From Thermoplasmata archaeon (GTDB taxonomy: Archaea; Thermoplasmatota; Thermoplasmata; Lutacidiplasmatales; UBA184), in contig JAKAWX010000002.1 in the NCBI GenBank assembly GCA_021816865.1, forward strand, positions 12,110 through 76,109: a stretch of 64,000 nt of DNA, read 5' to 3'. A program made the translations under genes and the position numbers. Below, piece after piece: positions 8,468-17,508 of the stretch. Below the pieces are notes generated by a model. The model searched no databases. It worked only from the letters and a program-made list of their open reading frames with translations, and was not told where the DNA came from. Numbering within the stretch: the first letter of the stretch is position 1; every line of letters begins with the position of its first letter.

Positions 8468-8863
8468 ATGGGGATCTGGCAGGGACTGTCCCGCCGCAAA
8501 CGCACCGGGGGCCGGCTCCGGCCGATCCGCAAGAAGCGACGGTTCGAGATCGCCCCCGAGCTCCAGCACGCGACCGTTGGCCCCGGGACCGTCAAGCGCT
8601 ACCGGGGCCGGGGGCTCAACCCGAAGCTGAGGATCCTCACGACCACGTCGATCAACGTCTTCGACCCCGCCACGAAGAAGATGCAGAAGGCGACGATCGT
8701 TACCGTCCGGGAGAACCCGGCGAACCCGAACTACGTCCAGCGCAACATCATCACGAAGGGTGCGATACTCGAGACGGACGTCGGATTGGTCCAGGTGCGC
8801 TCGCGTCCGGGCCAGGACGGGGTTCTGAACGGGGTTCGCGTCCCGCCACGCGCCACGGCGTGA
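8468..8863 (+). CDS. rps8e: 30S ribosomal protein S8e
   Basis: S.RK.TGG, RKKR, NPAN.NY..RNIITKGA, SRPGQDG.LN. Confidence 0.97.
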   Translation: MGIWQGLSRRKRTGGRLRPIRKKRRFEIAPELQHATVGPGTVKRYRGRGLNPKLRILTTTSINVFDPATKKMQKATIVTVRENPANPNYVQRNIITKGAILETDVGLVQVRSRPGQDGVLNGVRVPPRATA

Positions 8864-8876
8864 GGCGTCCCGGCGG

Positions 8877-9176
8877 ATGCCCGAGCACTTCTACGTCTAC
8901 CCGGCGTACCTCGCCCAGGGTCGCTCGCGCGCCGAGGGACGTCGCCGGCCCTCGGGCGAGGGGATCCCCGACGTTACGGTCGCCGAGATCGCGGAGGCGG
9001 CCCGGCGGCTCGGCTACCGTGTCGAGGTCGAGGCCGAGAAGTCGTACCCCCGGGACCCGACGACGCTCGTCGGGCGGGTCAAAGTGACGAAGCGAGCGGG
9101 AAGCTCGAAGACCGGGTTCCTCAAGCTTGTGGCCGCGGAGGTCCGTCGTCACCGGGGACCCGCGGGACGGCCCTAG
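8877..9176 (+). CDS. srp19: Signal recognition particle protein SRP19
   Basis: YPAY.....SR.EGRR, EI.EAA..LG, KSYPR, GRV.V. Confidence 0.9.
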   Translation: MPEHFYVYPAYLAQGRSRAEGRRRPSGEGIPDVTVAEIAEAARRLGYRVEVEAEKSYPRDPTTLVGRVKVTKRAGSSKTGFLKLVAAEVRRHRGPAGRP

Positions 9177-9177
9177 C

Positions 9178-9969
9178 ATGGAGGAGCCCGGGACCGTCTA
9201 CTTCACCGGCACGGCCGGCGCGGGGAAGACGACGCTCGTGCGCGCGTTCGCCGACTGGACGAAGAGCGCCGGGTACGACGCGACGGTCGTCAACCTCGAC
9301 CCGGGAAGCGAGGCGGACGGGACGGGGTTCGACATCGACATCCGAGAGTGGGTCCGCCTCTCCGACCTCCAGGAGGAGTACAACCTCGGGCCGAACGGCG
9401 CCCAGGTCGCGGCCGCCGACATGATCGCCCTCAAGATCTTCGAAGTGCGCCAGGCGATCCAGGAGCTCAAGTCGGACTACGTGCTCGTCGACACGCCCGG
9501 CCAGATCGAGCTCTTCGCGTTCCGCGAGGCATCGAAGGCGATCGTCGACGCGCTCAGCGGCGACCGGTCGGTGATCGCCTTCCTCTTCGACCCCGCGCTC
9601 GCGCGAACGCCGGGAGGGTTCGTCTCGCTCCTCATGCTGAGCTCGACCCTCGAGTTCCGCTTCCGTTTGCCGATGGTGAACCTGCTCGCGAAATCGGACG
9701 TCCTCACGCCCGAGCAGCTCGCCGAGGTGACCTCCTGGTCCGACGAGCCCGGGGCGCTGTACGAGGCAGTAACGCGTGACGCGCCGACCCCCGACGTCCA
9801 GCTGTCGACCGAGCTCTTCCGGGCCATCGAGACGATGGGCCCGCTCGGGGGGGTGCTGCCGACCTCGGCGAAGGAGAACCTCGGCCTCGAGGCGCTCTAC
9901 CAGGCGTGCCAGCGGGTCTTCGCCGGAGGCGAGGACCTCGAACCGTCGCACGCCCCGTCGACCGACTGA
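9178..9969 (+). CDS. GPN-loop GTPase
   Basis: GTAGAGKT, VNLDPG, LGPNGA, DTPGQ.E, K.D motifs. Confidence 0.93.
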   Translation: MEEPGTVYFTGTAGAGKTTLVRAFADWTKSAGYDATVVNLDPGSEADGTGFDIDIREWVRLSDLQEEYNLGPNGAQVAAADMIALKIFEVRQAIQELKSDYVLVDTPGQIELFAFREASKAIVDALSGDRSVIAFLFDPALARTPGGFVSLLMLSSTLEFRFRLPMVNLLAKSDVLTPEQLAEVTSWSDEPGALYEAVTRDAPTPDVQLSTELFRAIETMGPLGGVLPTSAKENLGLEALYQACQRVFAGGEDLEPSHAPSTD

Positions 9970-10000
9970 GGCCGACGGAGGTCGGGCGGTCGCTGGCCCG

Positions 10001-10303
10001 TTACTCGTCGGTGAAGAAGAGGCCCATGCCCGCGGAAGCGCTCTCCTCTTCGTCCTTGAACCGTCGGTAGAGCGGTTCGGCCTCGGCGCTGAGAAGGCGG
10101 GTGCCGACCGCGTCGAGGAGCCCTTCCGCGCGCTTCACCGCGTCGGCCGAGCCCTCGACGAGCACGTACGTGCGGTCGCCCGGGCCGCCGAGAGCCCCCG
10201 CGTCCCGGACCTTCTGGCTCTGTCGGGAGACGACGTCGTCCCGCAGCGCTGCGTCGAGCTCGGTCCGCTTCGAGGACGGAACGGAGTAGATCGTCCACGC
10301 CAT
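10001..10303 (-). CDS. Conserved-looking hypothetical protein (100 aa)
   Basis: Good codon bias; TATAT at 10327-10331 about 24 nt upstream; acidic C-terminus ending GMGLFF. Confidence 0.8.
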   Translation of the reverse strand: MAWTIYSVPSSKRTELDAALRDDVVSRQSQKVRDAGALGGPGDRTYVLVEGSADAVKRAEGLLDAVGTRLLSAEAEPLYRRFKDEEESASAGMGLFFTDE

Positions 10304-10380
10304 GCCCCCGGCCGACCCGGCTCGCCTATATGGGGTTGTTCGAAGGGGAGGAACGGGCGGACCGGGGGGTTCCGAAAGCG

Positions 10381-11094
10381 ATGTACGCGCGGTCGACCGA
10401 CTCTCCGGTGCTGCTCATCGGCGCCGCGCACGTAATCGACCTCGCCCGGCCGCTGCGCGAGCTCCTGAACGAACGGACGCTCGACGGGATCGCGATCGAG
10501 CTCGACGCGGAACGCGCCGACGCGCTCCTCGCCCCCGAGGGTCGGCGCCCCCGGGGCGGCGGGCCCCTCTTCGCGCGCCTGTGGAGCCTTCTGCAGCGCC
10601 GCCTCGGCGCCGAGATCGGCGGGGGGGTCCCGGGCGCCGAGATGAAGGCGGCGGCCCTCGTGGCGCGCGAGCGGTCCCTTCCGCTCTTCTTGGTCGACGA
10701 CCCGATCCGGTCGACGCTCGTCCAGTTGGTGCGGGCGATGCCGTTCAAGGAACGCGTGCTCCTCCTCGCGAGCGCCGTGGTAGGACTCTTCCTCCCCGCG
10801 CGGGTCGTCGAGCGGGCGATCGACCGTTACGTCGACGCGCCGGACGACTACACCGCGGAGCTGCGGCAGGTGAGCCCGACGCTCGCTCGCGTCCTGATCG
10901 ACGACCGCAACGAGCACATGGCGGACCGCCTCGCCGAGCTGCGGCACCGCGGGTACGGACGGATCGCGGTCGTGGTGGGGGACGCTCACCTCTCGGGGCT
11001 CCGCACCGCCCTCGGACGTCGGGGGATCCCGACCGAGTCGGTCCCGTTCCGCGAACTGAGGGCCGCTAAAGGACGCGCACCGAGCTCTTCGTGA
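10381..11094 (+). CDS. TraB/PrgY/GumN (Tiki-like) family protein
   Basis: LIGAAHV, IAIELD..R, PGAEM.AA, RN..MA, VVG..H motifs; alternative start 10330. Confidence 0.85.
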   Translation: MYARSTDSPVLLIGAAHVIDLARPLRELLNERTLDGIAIELDAERADALLAPEGRRPRGGGPLFARLWSLLQRRLGAEIGGGVPGAEMKAAALVARERSLPLFLVDDPIRSTLVQLVRAMPFKERVLLLASAVVGLFLPARVVERAIDRYVDAPDDYTAELRQVSPTLARVLIDDRNEHMADRLAELRHRGYGRIAVVVGDAHLSGLRTALGRRGIPTESVPFRELRAAKGRAPSSS

Positions 11095-11938
11095 CCTCGT
11101 CCACCGCCTGCGCGAACGCGTCCGCGAACCGGGAGAGTTCGGGGGAGCGGTGCTCCTCGATTCGGCCCGCATCGCCCAGGGCGGAGACTTCGGGCACGAC
11201 GGGGAGCTCGGCGAGGACGGGGAGCCCGTACTCGGCCCCGACGGCGCGGACCCGGCTCGGGCCGAAGAGCGAGATCCGCTCGCCGCAGTGAGGGCAGGTG
11301 AGGTACGCCATGTTGTCCACGACCCCGAGGAGGGCGACGTGGAGGTCGCGAGCCATGTTCATCGCCTTTTTGACGATCAGCGCCGCGAGGTCCTGGGGGG
11401 TGAGGACGAAGACCATCCCGTCGATCGGGATCGTCTGGAAGACCGTGAGCGGCACGTCGCTCGTACCGGGCGGCATGTCGATGAGCAGGTAGTCGAGCGA
11501 CCCCCAGTTGACGCCGCCGAAGAACTGCGTGATGAGCCGGGTGACGAGCGGTCCCCGCCAGATCACGGGCGTCTGCTCGTCCTCGACCATGAACTGCGAG
11601 GAGACGACCGAGATGCCGGTTCGGGACGACGCGGGCTCGATCCCCTCGCCCCGGTCGACGAGGGGCCCGGTGAGACCGAGGAGCTTCGGGATCGACGGGC
11701 CGGTGATGTCCGCGTCGAGGATCCCCACGGCGAGGCCCCGTCGGCGCAGCTCGGTCGCGAGGAGGGCCGTGACCGACGACTTCCCGACCCCTCCTTTGCC
11801 GCTGCCGATCGCGACCACGTGGCGGACCGAGCCCTTGCTCATCCGCTGGAGCAACCCCCGCGCTGGCGGACGTGCCCCGTGAGAGTGTCCCTCCGCGGTC
11901 GGCGGCGGGCCGGGCGTGGCGCCGGGAGGAGCGGCCAT
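11066..11938 (-). CDS. Mrp/ApbC/NBP35 Fe-S cluster carrier ATPase
   Basis: SGKGGVGKS, DADITGP, WRGP, DMPPGTSD, CPHC. Confidence 0.95.
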   Translation of the reverse strand: MAAPPGATPGPPPTAEGHSHGARPPARGLLQRMSKGSVRHVVAIGSGKGGVGKSSVTALLATELRRRGLAVGILDADITGPSIPKLLGLTGPLVDRGEGIEPASSRTGISVVSSQFMVEDEQTPVIWRGPLVTRLITQFFGGVNWGSLDYLLIDMPPGTSDVPLTVFQTIPIDGMVFVLTPQDLAALIVKKAMNMARDLHVALLGVVDNMAYLTCPHCGERISLFGPSRVRAVGAEYGLPVLAELPVVPEVSALGDAGRIEEHRSPELSRFADAFAQAVDEVTKSSVRVL

Positions 11939-11960
11939 CGGGTTGCCACGGGGGTGCGGC

Positions 11961-11967
11961 TATATAA
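11961..11967. promoter_or_regulatory. TATA element between divergent mrp and acd genes
   Basis: TATATAA is the only AT-rich island in the 66-nt gap between starts at 11938 (-) and 12005 (+). Confidence 0.6.
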
Positions 11968-12004
11968 CGCGAGACCCGTGCGAACGACCGGTCGGGGGGG
12001 ATCG

Positions 12005-14155
12005 ATGTCCGTGGGCCGATCGGCAGAGCTGGACGAGCTGTTCTGCCCGGCGTCCGTAGCGGTCATCGGCGCGTCGAACCGTCCCGGGAAGGTCGGCACG
12101 ATCCTCTTCCGCAATATCCTCGAGGCCGGTTTTCGCGGGGTCGCCTACCCGGTCAACCCGACCTGGAAGAGCGTCTCGGGGGTGCGCTGCTATCCGGACG
12201 TCGCGTCGCTCCCCGAGGCGCCCGACCTCGGGGTCGTGATCGTGCCGGCCGGGGGGGTCGCGGACGTCGTCGAGGAGCTCGGTCGCGCCGGGACCCGGGG
12301 GGTCGTCGTCATCTCGGCGGGATTCCGCGAGGTCGGCGACGCGGGGACCCGCCTCGAGGCGGAGGTCGTCCGTCGGGCGGAGAAGTACCGCATGTCGCTC
12401 GTGGGTCCGAACTGCTTCGGCGTCTTCAACACCGACCCCGAGGTGAGCCTGAACGCGACGTTCAGCGAGTCGCTCCCCCCGCGGGGGAACATCGCCTTCG
12501 TCTCCCAAAGCGGGGCGCTCGGCGCGGGGATCCTCCAGTACGGCATCGCGGAGCGGATCGGGTTCTCCCGGTTCGTCTCGGTCGGCAACCGGGCCGGCGT
12601 GGACGAGAACGACCTGTTGCGCTCGCTCGGTCGGGACCCGGCGACGAAGGTGATCCTCCTCTATGTCGAGAGCCTCGCGAACGGGGAGCGGTTCCTCGAG
12701 GCTGCCCGCGCGGTGACGGAAGAGAAGCCCGTCCTCGTGATCAAGAGCGGGCGCACGGCGGCGGGCGAGCGCGCGGCGAAGAGCCACACGGGCTCGCTGG
12801 CCCAGTCGGGCCGGGACCTGCTCTACGACGCCCTCTTCGAGCAGGCGGGCGTCCAGCGGGCGGAGACCCTCGGCGACCTCTTCCGGACCGCGAAGATCTT
12901 CGCGACCGGGCTCACTCTCGCAGGACCGCGGCTCGCGATCCTCACGAACTCGGGCGGGCCGGGGATCGTGGCGGCCGACGCGGCGATCCGCCACGGTCTC
13001 GAGCTCCCGACGCTGCCGGAGTCGATCCGGTCCGAGATCGCCCGGCGACTGCCCTCGATCGCGTCGGTCGGCAACCCGGTCGACATGACGGCCGACGTCG
13101 GGGCCGACCAGTATCGCGAGGTGCTGCGGCTCCTCCTCGACGACCCCGGCGTCGACGGGGCGCTCGTGATCACCACACCGGCCGGCACGATGACCGCGGA
13201 CGCCGTCGCGCGGGCCGTGCTCGAAGCGAAGCGCACGTCGAAGAAGCCGATCACCGCCTGCCTCTTCGGCCTGAGCGACCTCTCGAAGGAAGTGACGTTC
13301 CTGGAGGAGAACGGCATCCCCACGTTCACCTTCCCCGAGGAGGCCGTCCAGGGCCTCGGGAGCCTCGCCCGCTACCAGGCGTGGCGCACGCGCCCCCGCA
13401 CCGAAGTGCGGACGTTCCCGGTCGACCGGGCGAAGGCGCGCGAGGCGATCGACCGGGCCGCCCGCGACGGGGCCACCGTCCTGCCCGAGTACGCGGCCCG
13501 CGCGCTACTGAGCGCGTACGGGATCGCGTTCCCGCCGGTCGCCCGCGTGCGGTCGCTCGACGAGGCCGTCGACGCCGCCACGAGCATCGGGTACCCGGTG
13601 GTGCTCAAGGTGGCCTCGCCCGACATCCCGCACAAGACCGACGTGGGCGGGGTCGCGCTGGGCCTGGACGGCCCCGCCAAGCTCCGGACGGCGTGGGCGA
13701 CCATGCAGGACGCGCTGCACCGACACGTGCCGGGGGCCCGTATCGAGGGCTTCGAGGTCGAGTCCCAGGTCCCGTCGGGGAAGGAGGTCCTGATCGGCGT
13801 CCAGCGCGATCCGAGCTTCGGGCCGGTCCTGGTCTTCGGGCTCGGCGGGATCTACGTCGAGGTCCTGCGGGACGTCACGTTCCGGCTCGCCCCGGTGCGG
13901 CCGCTCTCGGCGAAGCACATGGTCCAGTCGGTCAAGGCGTTCCCGCTGCTCGCGGGCGTACGGGGGGAGGCGCCGAGCGACCTCGAGGCGCTCGAAGAGG
14001 CGATCGAACGGGTCAGCCAGCTCGCGATCGACCTCCCCGAGGTCGTGGAGCTCGACATCAACCCGTTGATCGTTCGCGGGCGCGGCCAGGGCGTCGTCGC
14101 GGTCGACGCACGGGTCGTGCTCGCTCCGTCTTCCAGATCGGCACCGACGCCTTGA
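12005..14155 (+). CDS. Acetate/acyl-CoA ligase (ADP-forming), fused alpha-beta
   Basis: AVIGAS, GPNC.G, SQSGA, SHTG (phospho-His), NP.D, HKTDVGGV, FGLGGIYVE, LDINP, VDAR. Confidence 0.93.
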   Translation: MSVGRSAELDELFCPASVAVIGASNRPGKVGTILFRNILEAGFRGVAYPVNPTWKSVSGVRCYPDVASLPEAPDLGVVIVPAGGVADVVEELGRAGTRGVVVISAGFREVGDAGTRLEAEVVRRAEKYRMSLVGPNCFGVFNTDPEVSLNATFSESLPPRGNIAFVSQSGALGAGILQYGIAERIGFSRFVSVGNRAGVDENDLLRSLGRDPATKVILLYVESLANGERFLEAARAVTEEKPVLVIKSGRTAAGERAAKSHTGSLAQSGRDLLYDALFEQAGVQRAETLGDLFRTAKIFATGLTLAGPRLAILTNSGGPGIVAADAAIRHGLELPTLPESIRSEIARRLPSIASVGNPVDMTADVGADQYREVLRLLLDDPGVDGALVITTPAGTMTADAVARAVLEAKRTSKKPITACLFGLSDLSKEVTFLEENGIPTFTFPEEAVQGLGSLARYQAWRTRPRTEVRTFPVDRAKAREAIDRAARDGATVLPEYAARALLSAYGIAFPPVARVRSLDEAVDAATSIGYPVVLKVASPDIPHKTDVGGVALGLDGPAKLRTAWATMQDALHRHVPGARIEGFEVESQVPSGKEVLIGVQRDPSFGPVLVFGLGGIYVEVLRDVTFRLAPVRPLSAKHMVQSVKAFPLLAGVRGEAPSDLEALEEAIERVSQLAIDLPEVVELDINPLIVRGRGQGVVAVDARVVLAPSSRSAPTP

Positions 14156-14498
14156 GCTCGTCGATCAGGAACCGGGCGGCGTCGAACGCGGCGGCCCGGT
14201 GGGCGCAAGCGGCGCCGACAACGACGGAGATCTCGCCGACCTTGAGCCGTCCGACCCGGTGCCAGAGCACGACGCGGCCCGCACCGAAGCGCGCGCGCGC
14301 CTCGCGCTCGATCGCCGCGAGCCGTCGAAGGGCCGGCGCGCGGTGGGCCTCGTAGTCGAGGGCGAACACTCGGCCCGCCCGGCCCCGGTCGGGACGCACG
14401 CGCCCGGCGAAGACGACGACGCCGCCGAGCCCCGGGCCCTCGAGCATCCGCATCGCGCCGGCGACGGTGAACGCCCGATCGGTGAGGCGGACCGACAC
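14058..14498 (-). CDS. moaE: Molybdopterin synthase large subunit
   Basis: G.VVVF.G.VR, L.YEA, HRVG.L, HR..AF, LK..VPIWK.E. Confidence 0.92.
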   Translation of the reverse strand: MSVRLTDRAFTVAGAMRMLEGPGLGGVVVFAGRVRPDRGRAGRVFALDYEAHRAPALRRLAAIEREARARFGAGRVVLWHRVGRLKVGEISVVVGAACAHRAAAFDAARFLIDELKASVPIWKTERARPVRRPRRRPGRARERSTG

Positions 14499-14500
14499 GG

Positions 14501-14767
14501 CTAGCCTCCCCCGTACGGCGGATGGACGGCGAACTCGTCGCCCGGGCGTATCGGCGTCGAGAGGTCGTGGAGGTACTCGCCGTTGTGCACGAACCGGCTC
14601 GTCCGCAGCGCGGGGCCGAGCCGCGGGTACGTTCGGGCGAGAGCGCGCACGAGCGCGTCGGCGCGCACGCCGTCGGGGGAGACCGGCCAGTCGAGCGTAC
14701 CGCGTCCGAGCGCCTCGCGGGCGGAGGCGAACAGGAGGATGACGACGCGGGACCGACGACGCGTCAC
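14501..14767 (-). CDS. moaD: MoaD/ThiS/SAMP-family sulfur carrier
   Basis: LFA..RE..G N-terminus, GDE.A..PP.GGG C-terminal di-glycine; adjacent to moaE. Confidence 0.9.
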   Translation of the reverse strand: MTRRRSRVVILLFASAREALGRGTLDWPVSPDGVRADALVRALARTYPRLGPALRTSRFVHNGEYLHDLSTPIRPGDEFAVHPPYGGG

Positions 14768-14857
14768 GCCGGGGCCAGAGGAGCCGCGAGGCGTAAAACC
14801 TGCGCCGGGCCGACGGAGCGCACAACCGATTAATACGAACCCTGGCTGAAACGCCCG

Positions 14858-16612
14858 ATGGCCGAGATCGCGGTCCGCGTGGGCGGCCAGGCGGGCGACG
14901 GCATCCAGTCGATCGGCGAGGCGCTCGCCCGCGGGTTCTCCCGGATGGGCCGGCACGTCTTCGGTCTCACCGCCTACCAGTCGGTGATCCGGGGCGGCCA
15001 CGTCTGGTTCCAGGCCCGCGCCACCGACGGCCGTCCGTACTCTCCGGGGGACGCGGCGGACATCCTCTACGCGCTCGACAAGGCGACGGTCGAGATCCAC
15101 GCGGCCGCGCTGCGCCCGGGGGGCACGGTCATCTACGACCCCGAGAAGTTCGCCCTCCCGCCGTCGGACCTACCGGCGGGCGTGCAGGCGCTCGGAGTGC
15201 CAACGCTCGCGATCGCGCGCAAGTTCACGAGCCAGTCGATCTTGCAGAACGCGGGCGGCCTCGGGGCCGCGGCGTTCCTCGCCGGGATCCCGCTCGACCT
15301 CCTCCACCAGATCCTCCTCGACTCGTTCGGCCGCAAGGCCGGTGACGTCGTCACCTGGAACACCGGGGCGAGCGCGGAGGGGTACCGATTCGCGGAGGCG
15401 CACGCGAGCGTCAGCGCCCACGCCCTTTCCAAGGGGGGCGCCCCGAAGCTCCTGATGACGGGCAACCAGGCGATCGCCCTCGGGGCCGCCGCGGCCGGGC
15501 TCAAGTTCCTGGCGCAGTACCCCATGACCCCCGCCTCTTCGATCATGCACTGGCTCGCCGCCCACGCCCAGGCGCTGGGGATCGTCGTGAAGCAGGCCGA
15601 GGACGAGCTCGCGGCGATCAACATGGCGATCGGCGCGTCGTTCGGCGGCGTCCGGTCGATGACGGCGACCAGCGGCGGCGGCTTCGCACTGATGGTCGAG
15701 GCGCTCGGCATGGCCGGGATGACCGAGACCCCGGTCGTGGTCGTCGAATCCCAGCGGGCAGGACCGTCGACGGGACTCCCGACCAAAACGGAGCAGGGCG
15801 ACCTCAACCTGATGCTCGGCGCCGGACAGGGCGAGTTCCCCCGGGCGATCCTCGCTCCCTCGAACCCGGCGGAAGCGTACCGCGCCGCGATCGAGGCGTT
15901 CCGGCTCGCCGAGGAATGGCAGACGCCGGTCCTGCTCGCGAGCGACCTCCATCTCTCGGAAAACCTCATGACGGTCGACCGGGAGGAGGTCGACCTCGAC
16001 GTGCCGGTTCCGTCGCTCTTCACGGTGACCCCGAACGGGCACACCTACCAGCGCTACCAGTACACCGAGTCGGGGGTCTCTCCCCGCGCCCTGCCGGGCC
16101 AGCCGGGCCTCGAGTTCGTCGCCGGCTCGGACGAGCACGACGAGCGGGGCCACCTCGTCTCGGACATTCGGGCCGGCATCCCGGTCTGGGTCTCCGAACG
16201 ACGGCGGATGATGGAGAAGCGGATGAAGAAGCTCGAGGGGCTCGCGAAGGACGCCCCGCCTCCGATCCTCGAAGGCGCGGCCGGCGCCCCCCTCACGTTC
16301 GTCGCGTGGGGCTCGACCGTCGGAGCGATCCGTGACGCACAGGCCGAGCTCGCCGCCGCCGGGCGCCCGACGAACCTCCTCCACTTCCCGACGGTCTATC
16401 CGCTCGACCTCCCGGCGACCCGCCGCCTGCTCGCCGTCGCCCATCGGACGCTCCTGGTCGAGGCGAACTACTCCGGCCAATTCGGTCGCCTCCTGCGCGC
16501 GGAGACCGGCGTCGAGCTTCGCGAGCGGCTGCTCAAGTACGACGGAGAACCCTTCCTCCCGCACGAGATCGTCGCGCGGGCCCTCGAGGTGCTGAACGAT
16601 GTCCGAAAGTAG
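14858..16612 (+). CDS. korA: 2-oxoacid:ferredoxin oxidoreductase alpha subunit (gamma-alpha fusion)
   Basis: GGQAGDG, IRGGH, GN.A, YPMTP, QAEDE, TSG.G..LM.E, R.GPSTGLPTK.EQ; substrate not determinable. Confidence 0.93.
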   Translation: MAEIAVRVGGQAGDGIQSIGEALARGFSRMGRHVFGLTAYQSVIRGGHVWFQARATDGRPYSPGDAADILYALDKATVEIHAAALRPGGTVIYDPEKFALPPSDLPAGVQALGVPTLAIARKFTSQSILQNAGGLGAAAFLAGIPLDLLHQILLDSFGRKAGDVVTWNTGASAEGYRFAEAHASVSAHALSKGGAPKLLMTGNQAIALGAAAAGLKFLAQYPMTPASSIMHWLAAHAQALGIVVKQAEDELAAINMAIGASFGGVRSMTATSGGGFALMVEALGMAGMTETPVVVVESQRAGPSTGLPTKTEQGDLNLMLGAGQGEFPRAILAPSNPAEAYRAAIEAFRLAEEWQTPVLLASDLHLSENLMTVDREEVDLDVPVPSLFTVTPNGHTYQRYQYTESGVSPRALPGQPGLEFVAGSDEHDERGHLVSDIRAGIPVWVSERRRMMEKRMKKLEGLAKDAPPPILEGAAGAPLTFVAWGSTVGAIRDAQAELAAAGRPTNLLHFPTVYPLDLPATRRLLAVAHRTLLVEANYSGQFGRLLRAETGVELRERLLKYDGEPFLPHEIVARALEVLNDVRK

Positions 16613-17498
16613 TGCGACCGCCTCGCCCCGGCCGATCGGAACGCCCCTGCCGGTCGTCGGCAAGTCCGACATCAAGCCGACGTGGTGCCCCGGCTGCGGG
16701 GATTTCGGCGTCGTCGCCGCGGTCGAGACGGCGCTCAAGCGGCTCAAGATCCCGCGTCACAACGTGGTCCTGGTGTCGGGGATCGGTTGCTCGTCGAACC
16801 TTCCCCATTTCCTCGGCGCCTACGGGTTCCACGCGATCCACGGCCGGGCACTGCCGGTCGCGGAAGGGATCCGGTGGGCGAACCACGGCCTCACCGTCGT
16901 CGGTACGGGCGGCGACGGCGACGGGTTCGGCATCGGGGCGGGCCACTTCGTCCACGCGATGCGTCGCAACGTCGACCTCACGTACGTCACCATGGACAAC
17001 CAGATCTACGGGCTCACGACCGGCCAGGCGAGCCCCACGTCGACCCTCGGCCAGAAGACGAAGTCCACGCCCGCGGGGGTCATCGAGAACCCGATCGACC
17101 CGATCGCGCTCGCGTTGGCGAGCGGCGCGACGTACGTGGCGCGAGGCTTTTCGGGCGACGTGAAGCACCTCACCGACCTCGTGGCGAACGGGATCACGCA
17201 CCACGGGTTCTCGTTCGTGGACGTCTATAGCCCGTGCGTGACCTACAACAAGATCAACACGTTCGACTTCTTCCGCCAGCGCGTCTACAAGCTCGAGAGC
17301 GCCGGCCACGACCCCACCGACCTCGAGGCCGCTTGGCAGCGCTCGCTCGAGTGGGGGGAGAAGATCCCGATCGGCCTCTTCTACCGGACGGAGAAACCGA
17401 CGTACGAGGACCTCGAGGAGGTCCTCTCCGCCGGCCCGCTCGCGCTCCAGCCGGCGGGGCTCCACGGCAAGGAGAAGCTGCTCGAGGAATTCGTCTAG
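16599..17498 (+). CDS. korB: 2-oxoacid:ferredoxin oxidoreductase beta subunit
   Basis: WCPGCG, SGIGCS, HGR, GDGD...N TPP motif, YGLT.GQ.SPT, SPCVT. Confidence 0.94.
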   Translation: MSESSATASPRPIGTPLPVVGKSDIKPTWCPGCGDFGVVAAVETALKRLKIPRHNVVLVSGIGCSSNLPHFLGAYGFHAIHGRALPVAEGIRWANHGLTVVGTGGDGDGFGIGAGHFVHAMRRNVDLTYVTMDNQIYGLTTGQASPTSTLGQKTKSTPAGVIENPIDPIALALASGATYVARGFSGDVKHLTDLVANGITHHGFSFVDVYSPCVTYNKINTFDFFRQRVYKLESAGHDPTDLEAAWQRSLEWGEKIPIGLFYRTEKPTYEDLEEVLSAGPLALQPAGLHGKEKLLEEFV

Positions 17499-17508
17499 GC
17501 GGGGAGCG

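Noticed and set aside
10381-11094. TraB as evidence of a conjugative element
   Set aside because: This is the TraB/PrgY/GumN family common on archaeal chromosomes; no relaxase, T4SS or integrase nearby
11150-12004. Apparent N-terminal extension of acd (1001-aa ORF)
   Set aside because: Antisense to mrp; homology and a TATA box support a start at 12005. The same applies to extensions on rlmE, the aldolase, purM, uvrB and psmA
14058-14825. Possible MoaD-MoaE fusion
   Set aside because: MoaD ends GGG-stop in a different frame; MoaE has its own GTG 2 nt later
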